Shown in pieces: positions 52,866-64,000 of a stretch of 64,000 nt of DNA. The translations under genes and the position numbers were made by a program. Origin of the DNA: Octopus vulgaris (taxonomy: Eukaryota); NCBI GenBank assembly GCA_951406725.2, contig OX597826.1, forward strand, positions 23,312,001 through 23,376,000, in the 5' to 3' direction. A model generated the notes under the pieces. The model searched no databases, had not been told where the DNA came from, and was given only the letters and a program-made list of their open reading frames with translations. Position 1 is the first letter of the stretch. Every line of letters begins with the position of its first letter.

Positions 52866-54108
52866 GTATGTGTGTGTGTATTTCGATTTACTCCTCTCTG
52901 TCTGTCTGTCTCTCTCTCTCTCTCACCTACTGCTTTCCTTTCACTTATGCTTTATCTCTGTTGCCCTCTCTCTTTTCATCACCCTTCCCTTGCTCCTCTC
53001 TTCTCATTTTCTCTTCCCTCTCCCCACTCCTTTCATCTCATCTTCCTCTTTCTTTCATTTTCCTGTCTTTCCTCTTTGTTTCTCAAAAATACAAAAATAT
53101 ATCCAGTTTCTTCGTTGGAACTTGTGATGACTTAAAGCAGGTTCAGTAAAGAAGCTTCTCAATGCCATTTGTAAGGGGCTGAAAATAGTGACAACCAGTG
53201 TTGTGATGTCTCAGAGTACACACTTGATTGATTTCTCTTTGTAACCATGACACTCAGTGGTTATTATTTGTTTTATTTCATTTATTTCTTCTAGTAGGAT
53301 ATGAAAGAAATGGGAAGTTGCTGTGAGGTTCATTCCTTCCTCTGAAAACCTAAGTGTAAAGGTACAGCTACAGCTGGAAATATAGTACCTACTGTAAATT
53401 TGATTTACTGGGATGTTATAGTCAATGATTTCTTGTCGCTGTTTAATGCTTCCCACCTATGTCATCTTGGGGCCAGTTCCACTGCAAAGTATCTCGAGCA
53501 AGTGTATTCTATAGCCCCAGGTTGATCAATGCCTTGTGAATGGTCATGTGCACCGTGTAAAAATAAATATCCAAAGAAAGGCATTAGGAAGTTACTTCTG
53601 TGTTCCAAAAAAATTCTTTGCGAAGCATGTATTCTCATAGAATTTTCATAGAATTATGGTAACCATGATCATCATCATTTATACCCATTTTTCCATGAAT
53701 GCATATGAAGGAGAATTTATTGAAGCAAATTTTTCTACGACCAAATGCTTTCCCTGTCACCAACCTGCATGTTAAGGCAATTACCAGGGACCTATACGTT
53801 TCTTTATCATCTGTATCTTCATTTAAGATTCTACAGCTAATTCCATTTATTTCTGTCTGTTTCCCATACAACTCAGTGGATTTAATGGAACCATGCTGGT
53901 GCCACATATTAAAGCACCAAAGCTGGTGCCATGTAAAAATCACCCAGTACACTCTGTACAGTATCCAGCCTTAGAAACCTTACCAAAACAGACAATTTTA
54001 GCCTGGTGCAGCTTTCCAGCCTGCCAGCTACTATCAAACCATCCAACCATCCAAATTGGACATTAAGTGATGATGTCATTCTTCTTGGTTTTCTAATATG
54101 CATCTTTC

Positions 54109-54437
54109 TATTATTATTATTATTATTATTTCATGTTTGACTTTTGCTTTGCATTTGTATAAATTGGCTCCAAGTCTCACCCAGAGACCTCAAGAGACAA
54201 CAAGTTAGAAGTTCATGTTGGTGTTATGCCTAGGGTGCCATATATTTGGTTTTGTACATATTGTTGTTCTAGAGAATGTTTAAGAAAACATAGGAAAATT
54301 GTTTGTTTTAAAATTTGAGATTACATAGACAGTATTTTACGTAGGATATGGGCAGTTCCCATGAGCACTATCATTTGAATTTCTGCCATTTTGGGGTTTC
54401 CTGGTATCTGAGCTAGGTAGCAATCAGCCCCTTTTGC
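54109..54437 (-). mobile_element. 5'-truncated R4/Dong-like non-LTR retrotransposon 3' end
   Basis: Minus strand 54437-54321 encodes AKGADCYLAQIPGNPKMAEIQMIVLMGTAHILRKILSM*, resembling the Q..VL.GTA.ILR..L C-terminus of R4/Dong RLE elements. Followed by a 3' UTR and (TAA)n. Confidence 0.78.
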
Positions 54438-55151
54438 TGCTGCTACTGCTATTATAATAATATATATATATATATATATATATATCAGAACAGATCTTAG
54501 TTATTCATTGAGTGTACATCTATATTGAGGGAAGGAAGAGCAGTGGCTATCAATAAATTTTGTTGACCTTCTTAGACTGGGGAGATTGATGCAGTTGATG
54601 CTTAAGCTGAACATCTGCAAGAAAAAAACATGTAGATAGGTGCTGGCGTGGACCTGTGGTAAGAAGTTTCTTGCCAGCTACATAATTCCAGATTTTATCC
54701 TACAGCATGACACCTTGGGCACCTTCTACTATAGCCTCAGGCTAACCAAAACCGTGTGAGTGAAGAGAAAGAAGTCCATTGTGTGTGCATGTGTTACTGT
54801 CTCCATGCCCTGGCATCCTGTGATAGTTATGTGGAAGTGTTACTTCATGCTCGCAGCGTCCTCCATTTCCAGTCTTCCATGAACATGTATCTGGTCATGG
54901 GGAAATATTTCCTTATTAGGAAGCAGGTGACGGCTGGTGACATGAAAGGCATCCAACCATAGAAAAGCCAATTCAACAAATTCTGTCCAACCCATGCAAG
55001 CAGAGAAAAATGAATGCTAAAATGATGTAAATAACGAAAATTGGAGGTTCTTGTTCATTTATAAAGATGAATGCGTAAAACTAAAACCTTACTGACAACT
55101 CCTCCTCTGACATTTTGGACAATCTCATCAGTTTCTATTTTCTGTTTGCAG

Positions 55152-55330
55152 CTGGGTACAGAAAAATCATCCACAGACCTGTGAACGGGTGTCACTACCT
55201 CCAGCCCCAAATGGTGATACTTTACGCAACATGACTGTTTTATTATATCTTGATGTCTTACACAATGAAAAGGCAAACAGTGAAGAGGAGTTTGAAGAGG
55301 AAGAGGACGGTGATGTCTTGGATCCCGAAG
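55152..55330 (+). CDS. STK11: STK11/LKB1 coding exon 8 (179 nt)
   Basis: ttgcag|C; encodes WVQKNHPQTCERVSLPPAPNGDTLRNMTVLLYLDVLHNEKANSEEEFEEEEDGDVLDPE (human has RSMTVVPYLEDLH plus an acidic tract); donor AAG|gtatgt, phase 1 as in human. Confidence 0.93.
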
Positions 55331-55715
55331 GTATGTTAGCTTTATATATCTATCCCATATATATATATATATATACTTTTAAGGCAGCAAGCTGGCAGAA
55401 TTGTTACAGCACAGGACAAAATGCTTAGCAGCATTTCATCCAACGGCTTACGTTTTGAGTTCAAATCCCACCAACGTACATTAAGGTAGTGCTCCAGCAT
55501 AGTTACAATCAAAAGACAAACAAATAAAAAAAATATCTACTCCATTGATGAATCTCTTGGGTGTTTTTGCATATAATTGAAGTGAAACTATTATTGGTGT
55601 ATGTCATCCAAGGGTGTTACCATACTTGCCATGCTTGGCAATTCAGGTTGACAAGCCCTTTAGAGGGCTTTTACCTCATGTAGAGGTATATCAGGTCTAT
55701 TCTTTACTGGGTATA

Positions 55716-55933
55716 TGAGTGGGGTGCTGAAAAGTTCCTAGCTTTGGGTAAAAGAAAATACAGGAGGATCAATTAATTATGATTTTATTCAACATACTCC
55801 CCTCTGAGATTCACACATTCATTACAGTAGTCCTTCAGGTTTTTTAAGCCCTATAAAAGAACTCTAAAGGTTGGGCCTTCAACCAGGCCTTTTGCAATAC
55901 CCTTAAAGCCAGGAACTTTTCAGCACCCCCTCA
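55716..55933. mobile_element. Mariner-like MITE
   Basis: TIRs tgagtggggtgctgaaaagttcctagcttt / aaagccaggaacttttcagcaccccctca with TA TSD. Confidence 0.82.
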
Positions 55934-56746
55934 TACACACACATTTAGGACTATATATATGTCTGTATGCGCACACCAATCTTGAGGGACTGGATTTGAT
56001 CTTACTATGCAGCACTTTGGACAAGTGGCTTCTGTCACTGCCTTGGGTTGTTGACCCAAGCTTTGTGAGTGAAACAGGTTAAACAGAAACTGTATAGGAT
56101 AGCTGTACCCCTAATTGAAAGGTCTAGCTGTATAACATAACTCTTGGGTCTACCTGAAAGTTCCAACTATCGTACAAGAAGACACACACACACACACATG
56201 ATGGGCTTTTTTCAGTTTCCAACTACCAAGTCCATTCACAAGGTTTTGGTTGGCCAAGAGCTCTGGTAGAAATCATTTAGCCAAGTAGCTATGCAGTGGA
56301 ACTGAACCCAGAGCCATGTGGTCGAAAAACACACTTCTCAACTATTCAGTTATGCCAGCACTTTGTGTGTGTGTGTGTGTCACTAGTTTGCAGTTGGCCA
56401 AATTTGAAGTGTGGCGAGGAGAAAGAGAATCCCTGTAAATGTATTGTACAATGTATGGAAGATAGATTCAAAGTGATTAGCTTTTACAACAACAGGAGCA
56501 TGTTGTGAGGTTTACAATAGGTGAGAAGCCTACACATAGCAGGATACATTATAGTCAGTGTACAGTGTGAATCTCAGGTTAGAGGATGGGGTTGTATTGG
56601 GAATTCGGTAAGGAATGTAAATGAGTTATATTTTCCTTTAGAAAGGAAGTTGATATATTTATGTATGTGTAATAAAACATAGTGATTGTATATATAAATA
56701 TTGGCATATTGTAAAAATTATATACTAATATGCAATATTCTAGATA

Positions 56747-57572
56747 CCAGCTGACATACCCAGTAATTCTCGGGAAAGCGGGGCTTATCCCTTGGTTCTG
56801 TTCTCATAATTGTTTCGCTGATCCAATAACAACAATACAAAGTATGTAGCCCTTAAAATGGTTTTTGTGCATTTACAGAGAATACTGAACTGTCTTACAT
56901 AGGATATTGTTTTCAGGAATTCCCAATAAGTTATGAATACCCAAAGTGTGAAATCAGTTATGTAATAAAATGAAATTAGTTACCCGATAGTAAGAATTCA
57001 AATAAAGTAGCCCTGGAAAGGGCTTTAATGCGTTCACAAAGTATATAAAACAGGAAATACCAATAAGGTATGTATACTAAAATTGTGAAGCATGTTATGT
57101 AATACCAAGCTAATCAGTTATGAGATAATTCAAAGTAAATAACTCTGAAAAGGGCTTTTGTGCATTCCCAGAGAATATTACCCTCAGGGGCACTAGTGTT
57201 GGTATATGCGTGAATAAGTGACTAACCGAAATATGTGAATCTATTGTTTAGGAAAATACTATTTACTTGTTTAAGGGTTGTACTGGATAAATTGCAAAAA
57301 TAACTCTAACAGTTCAAATATTAAGAAATAAGCATAGTCAATTTCATTTTTACCAAATAATTTAGGAGAATGACTGGGTTATCTCCTTTGGCTATATATA
57401 AGGATCCTTTCCAGGGGCCCTATTTTCTCAACATCCTGAGTATGCCATGAGGTTTCCCGACAGGAGTTCTACTCACGTGTCAAGTTTCATCAAAATCGAT
57501 AAAACGATGTAGGAGTTAGCTAACAACTCCACAAACACACTCACAGACAGAATTTCCCACATATGTAGTAGA
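56747..57572 (-). mobile_element. Degenerate non-autonomous Helitron-like element
   Basis: Minus strand starts TCTACTACATAT at 57572; (CAGA/CA)n and aagtttcatcaaaatcg motif near the 5' end; decayed 3' end (accagctg, accc...cggg hairpin); three ~150-bp internal subrepeats. Confidence 0.55.
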
Positions 57573-58022
57573 ATTTGATTGTTTGAATGGTAAAATAGTA
57601 ATATTAATTTGCAATATAATGCAAAAGTGTTTGTATATTTTAAATTAACTCTTTCATTACCATCCTACCTGAAACCATCTTTGGTTCTATTATGCAAATT
57701 CATTACTTGAAGTCTCTTCTCCATTCTGACATGGGTCGATGGTTTGACAGGTGCTGCACCAGGTCCACGTCATCTATCTTGGCATGGTTTCTATGGCCGG
57801 ATGCCCTTTGTAATGCCAACCACTTTACAGTGTGTACCGAGTGCTTTTATGTGGCGGCACAAGTGCTTTTTATGTGATGCCAGCACAGTTGCATTTTATA
57901 TGGTGCCTTCTATATGACACTAGCACAGGTATTCTTTATGTAGCGCCAGCATGGATGCTTTTTATGTGGGGCCAGCACAGGTGCCCTTTATAAATTCTGT
58001 TTTAAAAGGATCTGAATTAAAA

Positions 58023-58245
58023 CCTATTTCTTTACTACCCACAAGGGGCTAAACACAGAGGGGACAAACAAGGACAGACAAACGGATTAAGTCGATTACA
58101 TCGACCCCAGTGCGTAACTGGTACTTAATTTATCGACCCTGAAAGGATGAAAGGCAAAGTCGACCTCGGCTGAATTTGAACTCAGAACGTAGCGGCAGAC
58201 GAAATACGGCTAAGCATTTCGCCCGGCGTGCTAACGTGTCTGCCA
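58023..58245 (-). mobile_element. tRNA-derived SINE family B (representative, CpG-intact copy)
   Basis: Head tggcaga..cgttagc and B box gagttcaaatt; core gcctttcatcctttc.gggtcgataaattaagtacc resembles the Meta/MESC central domain (from memory, unverified). Other copies at 32194-32410(-), 36422-36645(+), 37805-38255(+), 47290-48110(+), 51828-52076(+). Confidence 0.82.
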
Positions 58246-59773
58246 TCCATCAAAACTTCATGCTAATTTATATTCGATACATGAGCTTAATTATGACAGT
58301 TATTTTAATAAATTTCTCATTATTTTCAAATTTAATGGAAACGAGCAATTTCAACAGAAATATCGTAACGTATTTTGCCTTTTTCGGTTTTCCATACATC
58401 ATGCTCTGATATACCTGGACACATCATCAGTGATGCTTCATGAGGTCATCAAATGTTTCATGTCTTTCAACATCAGACACCTTCACCCAGGTGACCCAGC
58501 CAAGGTTAACCGAACCCCACCTTGTGTCCAGTTAGCCCTACCCCTTCCAAAGCTTGCCCCCTTCTGATCCACAGCCACCTTGAAGTAACCTCTGCTACCT
58601 CCACAGCCAACGTGATGGTTTTCTATTTGCTGACCCCTGCAATGCCAAGCAGGTTCTGGGCTCTACAGAGGGACTGCCCTGCAAACTATACTTTGCTTAC
58701 CACTCATTGTTTTAGCATGGCTTCACCAACTCCAGAAATCTTTGAAGTGGTGGGTTTTTTTTTTTTTCCAAACTAATATTACAGGTGTGGCTGTGTGGTA
58801 AGAAGCTTGTTTCCCAACCACATGGTTCCGGGTTCAGTTCCACTGTGTGGCACTTTGGGCAAGTGTTTTCTATTATAGTCTCAGGCCACCCAAAGCCTTG
58901 TGAGTGAATTTGGTAGATGAAAACTGAAAGAAGCCCAGCGTGTGTGTTTATGTGTCTGTGTTTGTTTCCCCCCCCCATCGCTTGGCACTTGATGTTGGTG
59001 TCTTTACATCTGCATAACCTAGCGGTTTGGCAAAAGAGACCAATAGAATAAGTACTAGGCTTACAAAGAATAAGTCCTGTGGGAGTCGATATTTGTTCGA
59101 CTAAAGGCAGTACTCCAGCATAGCCACAGTGAATTGACTGAGGCCATGCTGGAGCACCGCCTTTAGTCAAGCAAATTGACCCCAGGACTTTGTAAGCCTA
59201 GTACTTATTCTATCGGTCTCTTTGGATGAATCGCTAAGTTACGGGGATGTAAACACCAGCATCGGTTGTCAAGCGATGCTGGGGACACACACACACACAG
59301 ATATATATATATACGACAGGCTTCTTTCAGTTTCCGTCTACCAAATCCACTCACAAGGCTTTGGTCAGCCTGAGGCTATAGTAAAAGACACTTGCCCAAG
59401 GTGCCACGCAGTGGGACTGAACCCAGAACCATGTGATTGGTAAGCAAGCTACTTACCACACAGCCACTCCTGTAATAGAATAAAATGTCCATTAATATTT
59501 GTTCTTAGGTAATGGATAGCTGAATGGTATTTCATCTGTCTTTACATTCCAACTTCAAATTCAACCAAGATCAACTTCACTTTTCATCCTTCAAGGATTG
59601 ATAAAATAAGAACCATCTAAGCATAGGGAGTCAATGAAATCGACCCCCCCCCCACACACACACACGAAATTGCCGGCCTTGTGTCAAAATTTAAAAGTAA
59701 TATTTGTTCTGATATTTAATTTAGATTTTTTTTTTTTTTTTTCAAATTATAATTTATATTTTGTCTTTCACAG

Positions 59774-59880
59774 TTCTTGAGAAAGAAGTTGTCAAAGAAG
59801 TACCCGAAGAGAAAGTCTCGAAAAAGAAACGGAAGGGAAAAGTACGGCGCTTTACATTTAATTCTTGCAAGCAATCATGA
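59774..59880 (+). CDS. STK11: STK11/LKB1 terminal coding exon 9 (107 nt to stop) with polybasic region and CAAX box
   Basis: tcacag|TT; in phase with exon 8; encodes (V)LEKEVVKEVPEEKVSKKKRKGKVRRFTFNSCKQS*. CKQS corresponds to the human CKQQ farnesylation motif. TGA at 59878-59880. Confidence 0.93.
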
Positions 59881-61300
59881 CATTTTGCTCTAGAATCTTT
59901 ACGGCTACTGTCGTGGAAAACAATTTTATCTCTGTGACTGTCTTGAGCTTTAATCAGCACCTTCAGCTCTTACATTCAAGAAGTATGACTGCAACCCCAG
60001 TCACCCCCTTCTTTTATAAGCACGGGGATTCGCACTTCAAAGGCCAGAATACAACCAGTGTAGCTATTCTGCCTGTAGACAGCTTTACTTACTGTATGCC
60101 ACACTGAGCTCCAATAGTCTTCTAATAATTTATCAGAATCATCTCTAATGTTCTGTTGGTATTTCCTCAGCCATACGACATGCAGGCCAGTGTTAATATA
60201 TATATATACAAATGATGACTACAATGCATTTTGTATTATATGCTTTACTGGCGGATTGGCAGATTTCTTAGCATTATTTAGTATTGCTATGAAAGAAATA
60301 AAGCGAAAAGCAGATGCACTAAACAGGTAAAAACAAAACAAACAAAAAACGGAAAAAATTTAACAAAACAAAACAAAAAAATTGTTCAGTAAAATTTGTG
60401 TTTTGTCCTTTGTAGCGACATGACTAATGAAGATTCAGTTTGTTTTTTTTTCTTTGGATTTTTTTTTGCTACTTGTGTCAGGAGAGAGGGTGGGTCCCCA
60501 TGTCTCTTTCTCTCTCTCAGCTTTTAAACGTTTGACCACAATATTTACCTCCCTTGGCTTGAATTTTGGATTTGTATACGAGATATATGACAAACTGTTA
60601 GGAAGAAGATCAAATTTAAAGCAAAAAAAAACAACACAAAAAGGTGATGAAAATATTTAAAAAAAAAAACGTACATAAGATTTTTACGTTAATTAGGACT
60701 CAGAACCCTTTCTCCTCCTAATATTGACAGTAAAGTTGATCTTATTTTTTCTGCCCTCCCTTCCTCCCTCACCTGTTTGTAAATAGAAGTGTCTTTTTTT
60801 TTGTTATTTAGGTATTTCTGTAATTTTTTTTTGTTTTTTTATGTCTTGCTCCCTCCCGCAATCTCCCTATTAGAGAAACCAGCTTATTTTAATTTATTTT
60901 TTCTTACTCTAATTTTTTACAAATGTTTTTCTTTTAAAGTCACGCCTCCTGCATTCCCCTTCCTTCATCAACTGTATAGTGCCATTAATTAACTAATTAA
61001 TTACATAAAATACTGCTTAGAATGGCTTGTAATGCTACTCCTATGGGCCATCTTGAATATGAAAAATGTAACTTTTTCCCCTGGCTCCCAACTATTTCCT
61101 GTCATATCTTGGTGGTGACTAATGATTTTTTTTCTTTTTTTTGTTGAATTTTCTTTACTTTTACAAGACTTTTTCCTCCCTACAGCCATTGTAGATGTCT
61201 TGTATATATATTTTTTTTTTTGCTTTGTTTGAGATCTCTGCCATGGGCTCTCCATTAATTCCAATATTAGTTGGACAAATTCCTGTCAGTTTTTTTTTTG

Positions 61301-61341
<41 letters not shown>

Positions 61342-62116
61342 ACACATACACACATGTATGTGTCATTTACAAGAAGTTACATTTTTTTATTATATTTTTA
61401 CTCATTGATTGGCCATTTGATGCCTGTTGTTATTTAACTGATCTCCTCCTTCCTCAAGCAGCAGCAACAGCAATTAGTACATATGAAAAAAAAAAAACTT
61501 AATTACTTTTCATTCATTCATTCATTCAAAAAAAAAAAAACTTTTGCTATCTTGAACTGGGCAGAGTTTCTGCAATTTCAGTTCCAAAATCACAATGTAT
61601 CACTGTAATCTGTACAATGTATCAATACAGTTTGGATATGAATTTAACATTGACATACTTTTTTGTCCCCCTCCCACTCTCTACTTATTAACAACAAAAA
61701 CATATTGCAACATGATAATGACTAAGAAGTGTGTATGTATAAGTATGTATGCATGTATGTGTGGTATATGTATTGTATGTGTGTGTTTGTTTGTTTGTAT
61801 GTATGTATGTATATCTATACATATATGTGTGTGTGTGTGTGGACATACATTTAGTGCAGATGCGTATATTGTGTTTATGTGGTTTTAAAGTTTTGTGTAT
61901 GTGTACATATGCTAGAAGACCTTTTTATAATATCTGTATATATATACCAATGTAAGATAAGATACTTTTTGTTTATTGTTTTATATGACTATACCAATAT
62001 TTTTGCTTGACAAGTATGACATACATGTACAAAGACATTGTGCGTTAATGTGAATGTACCTGATGCGTTGCACATAATTACATGTATATATGCACACACA
62101 TGCACATAAATATATA

Positions 62117-62157
<41 letters not shown>

Positions 62158-62690
62158 AGTCTGTATTTATATTCATTGTATGCAATTAAGCTTAATTAAA
62201 CTTTAAAAAAATTAAGAAAAAAACATGACACATAAAGACCCTACTATTCTTTTGAGATTTCACGAACAATTGCTTTTTAATTCTTCTAAAAGAAAGAAAA
62301 AAACAAAGTGCACCAAACTTTTTGCCTGACAACATTGAGATAATGTAAAAAGAAAAAAGAAAGAAAAATATAAAAGTTTTAAAAACAAATGAGGTTTCTA
62401 CTTTTTTCCATGTTACCATCAGATTTATTCCAACTACTTAACAATGTGTATAAAGTGATAATTTAAATGATTTAAGGGTAGTTTTGTCTTCACTGATTAT
62501 TATTATTATTATTGCTTTCATTGGTCTGAAACCCCCTAATTTATTTAGTAAAAGGGCTATTACAAAATATTTCTGGGCTTATAGCAATTTATAAAATACA
62601 TTTTTTTTATTGGCTTTAAACTGTAGCCCTTATTGGGTGGGGCCACACAGTTTTCTAAGGTGTTGTTAATTACATCTTTCCCCAACATTT
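59881..62690 (+). other. Putative long 3' UTR of STK11 (end not determinable)
   Basis: About 2.8 kb of A/T-rich sequence after the stop with no recognisable SINE or MITE, unlike the introns. Candidate poly(A) signals AATAAA 60297-60302, ATTAAA 62195-62200 and AATAAA 63185-63190. Confidence 0.5.
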
Positions 62691-62850
62691 TATTATGTAT
62701 CAACTTCAGAACGATGAAAGACAAAGTAGAACCAGACAGAATTTGAACTCAGAACCTAAAGGGAAGTAACCATCAAATACTATGTGCTGTTTTATCTGAT
62801 GCTTTACAGATTCTGCCCTCAGCCCATCTTTGTCTCTTTCTCTCTCTCAT

Positions 62851-62885
<35 letters not shown>

Positions 62886-64000
62886 TCCTCGACATTTTTC
62901 TTAAAAGTTTCTATAACAAGCTTTCATGTGGAATATTTTACAGTATTGTAAAAAAAAAAAAAACTTGTCTATATACAACTTGTTTTTTTTCTGTAACAGT
63001 ATTTTAAAGAATTACTTTTTAAGATTCCCACCTAAAGTGTCTTGTTTTTTTGTCAGTGTAGAAATTTTGTGGCAAAATTGAGGGTTGGTCTGAATATGAT
63101 TGCATATTTCTGTTGAGAATTTGGAGAGTGATTTGTTGGAAACAGTTGGCTGATAAACTAACTTTACAAACATTTTGCCTGACAAATAAAGTTATTTTTA
63201 CTTTGGAAAGTCTAAAGTTAAGATGGCCTTTGGCATTTTCTCAACAGCTTTAAATTTTTTTAATATATCAACTTACACAATTTTTGAAATTCACTTTGGC
63301 TGCTCTTTTACTTATATATAGAATCTCTGGATTCCATTATGTTTTTTTTTTTTTATGACAGCAAAATTTTGGATTTTAAACTGATTTAAGGCTCTCTCTC
63401 TCTCTCTCTCTGACAACCTTTTTTGTGCAATTGATTGTATGTATATTTCCTTGTCGAACATGTGGACAGTATGATACTGTGCCTCTGGACTTTGTTACCT
63501 CTTTAATGAATGAACTGGAATTTAAAATGTTCTTGTTGCTGCTAAACTTGGAATTATTTCATTGTTATTACTCATTCAGTTTTCTGCTATTCTCAATAAA
63601 AAGGGATCAGTGTTTATTCAGCTATTATCATTATTATTTCATATCATTGTTGCCATCCATAATGATTTTCCTTTTCCCAAGAATTCTAGGTAATGTACAC
63701 CGAAACTTATAAACATTTGTTTATGCAACATGGTGTGTATTAACTGATTACATTAAAACAATACAAAGGTGCAGGCATAGCTGTGTAGTAGGAACATTGC
63801 TTCCAACCACATTGTTCTGGGTTCAGTTCCACTTTGTAGCACCTTGGGCAAGTGTCTACCATACTCTTGGGCCAACCAAAGCCTTGAGTGGATTTGGTAG
63901 ATGGAAACTGAAAGAAGCCCATTGTGTGTGTATGTATATATATATATATATGTGTGTTTGTCTCACCAACATTGCGTGACAACCGATTCTGGTGTGTTTA

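Noticed and set aside
57835-57990. Repeated ~23-bp gtgcttttatgtggc..cagcac units that look CRISPR-like
   Set aside because: Degenerate tandem expansion of a family C SINE internal motif; no unique spacers, no cas genes, eukaryotic context.
58430-58480. Minus-strand CTGATGT...GAAAC motif
   Set aside because: Core mismatch and no convincing stems.

Overview
This is AT-rich, repeat-dense eukaryotic DNA; the SINE and microsatellite repertoire suggests an octopus-like cephalopod (inference). The window holds coding exons 2-9 of an STK11/LKB1 kinase gene on the + strand (35987-59880). Exons 2-7 have the same lengths as human STK11, all intron phases match, and the protein ends in a CAAX box (CKQS). 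I found no exon 1, so 1-35986 is probably part of a >36 kb intron 1. Intron 2 is a minor-spliceosome (U12) intron of the GT-AG subtype, where human has AT-AC. The introns carry at least four SINE families, a three-element Helitron cluster with a PIF1-helicase fragment, DNA-transposon MITEs (pogo/Tigger, mariner, hAT, piggyBac types), and RTE and R4/Dong LINE fragments. The most striking non-coding signal is a near-perfect, spacerless 483-bp palindrome in intron 3 with a minimal hammerhead ribozyme on each strand (Penelope-like pLTR architecture). Intron 1 has three more hammerhead-like motifs, and several long fold-back elements would make the pre-mRNA rich in dsRNA. Almost all other ORFs in the six-frame track are spurious readings of repeats.
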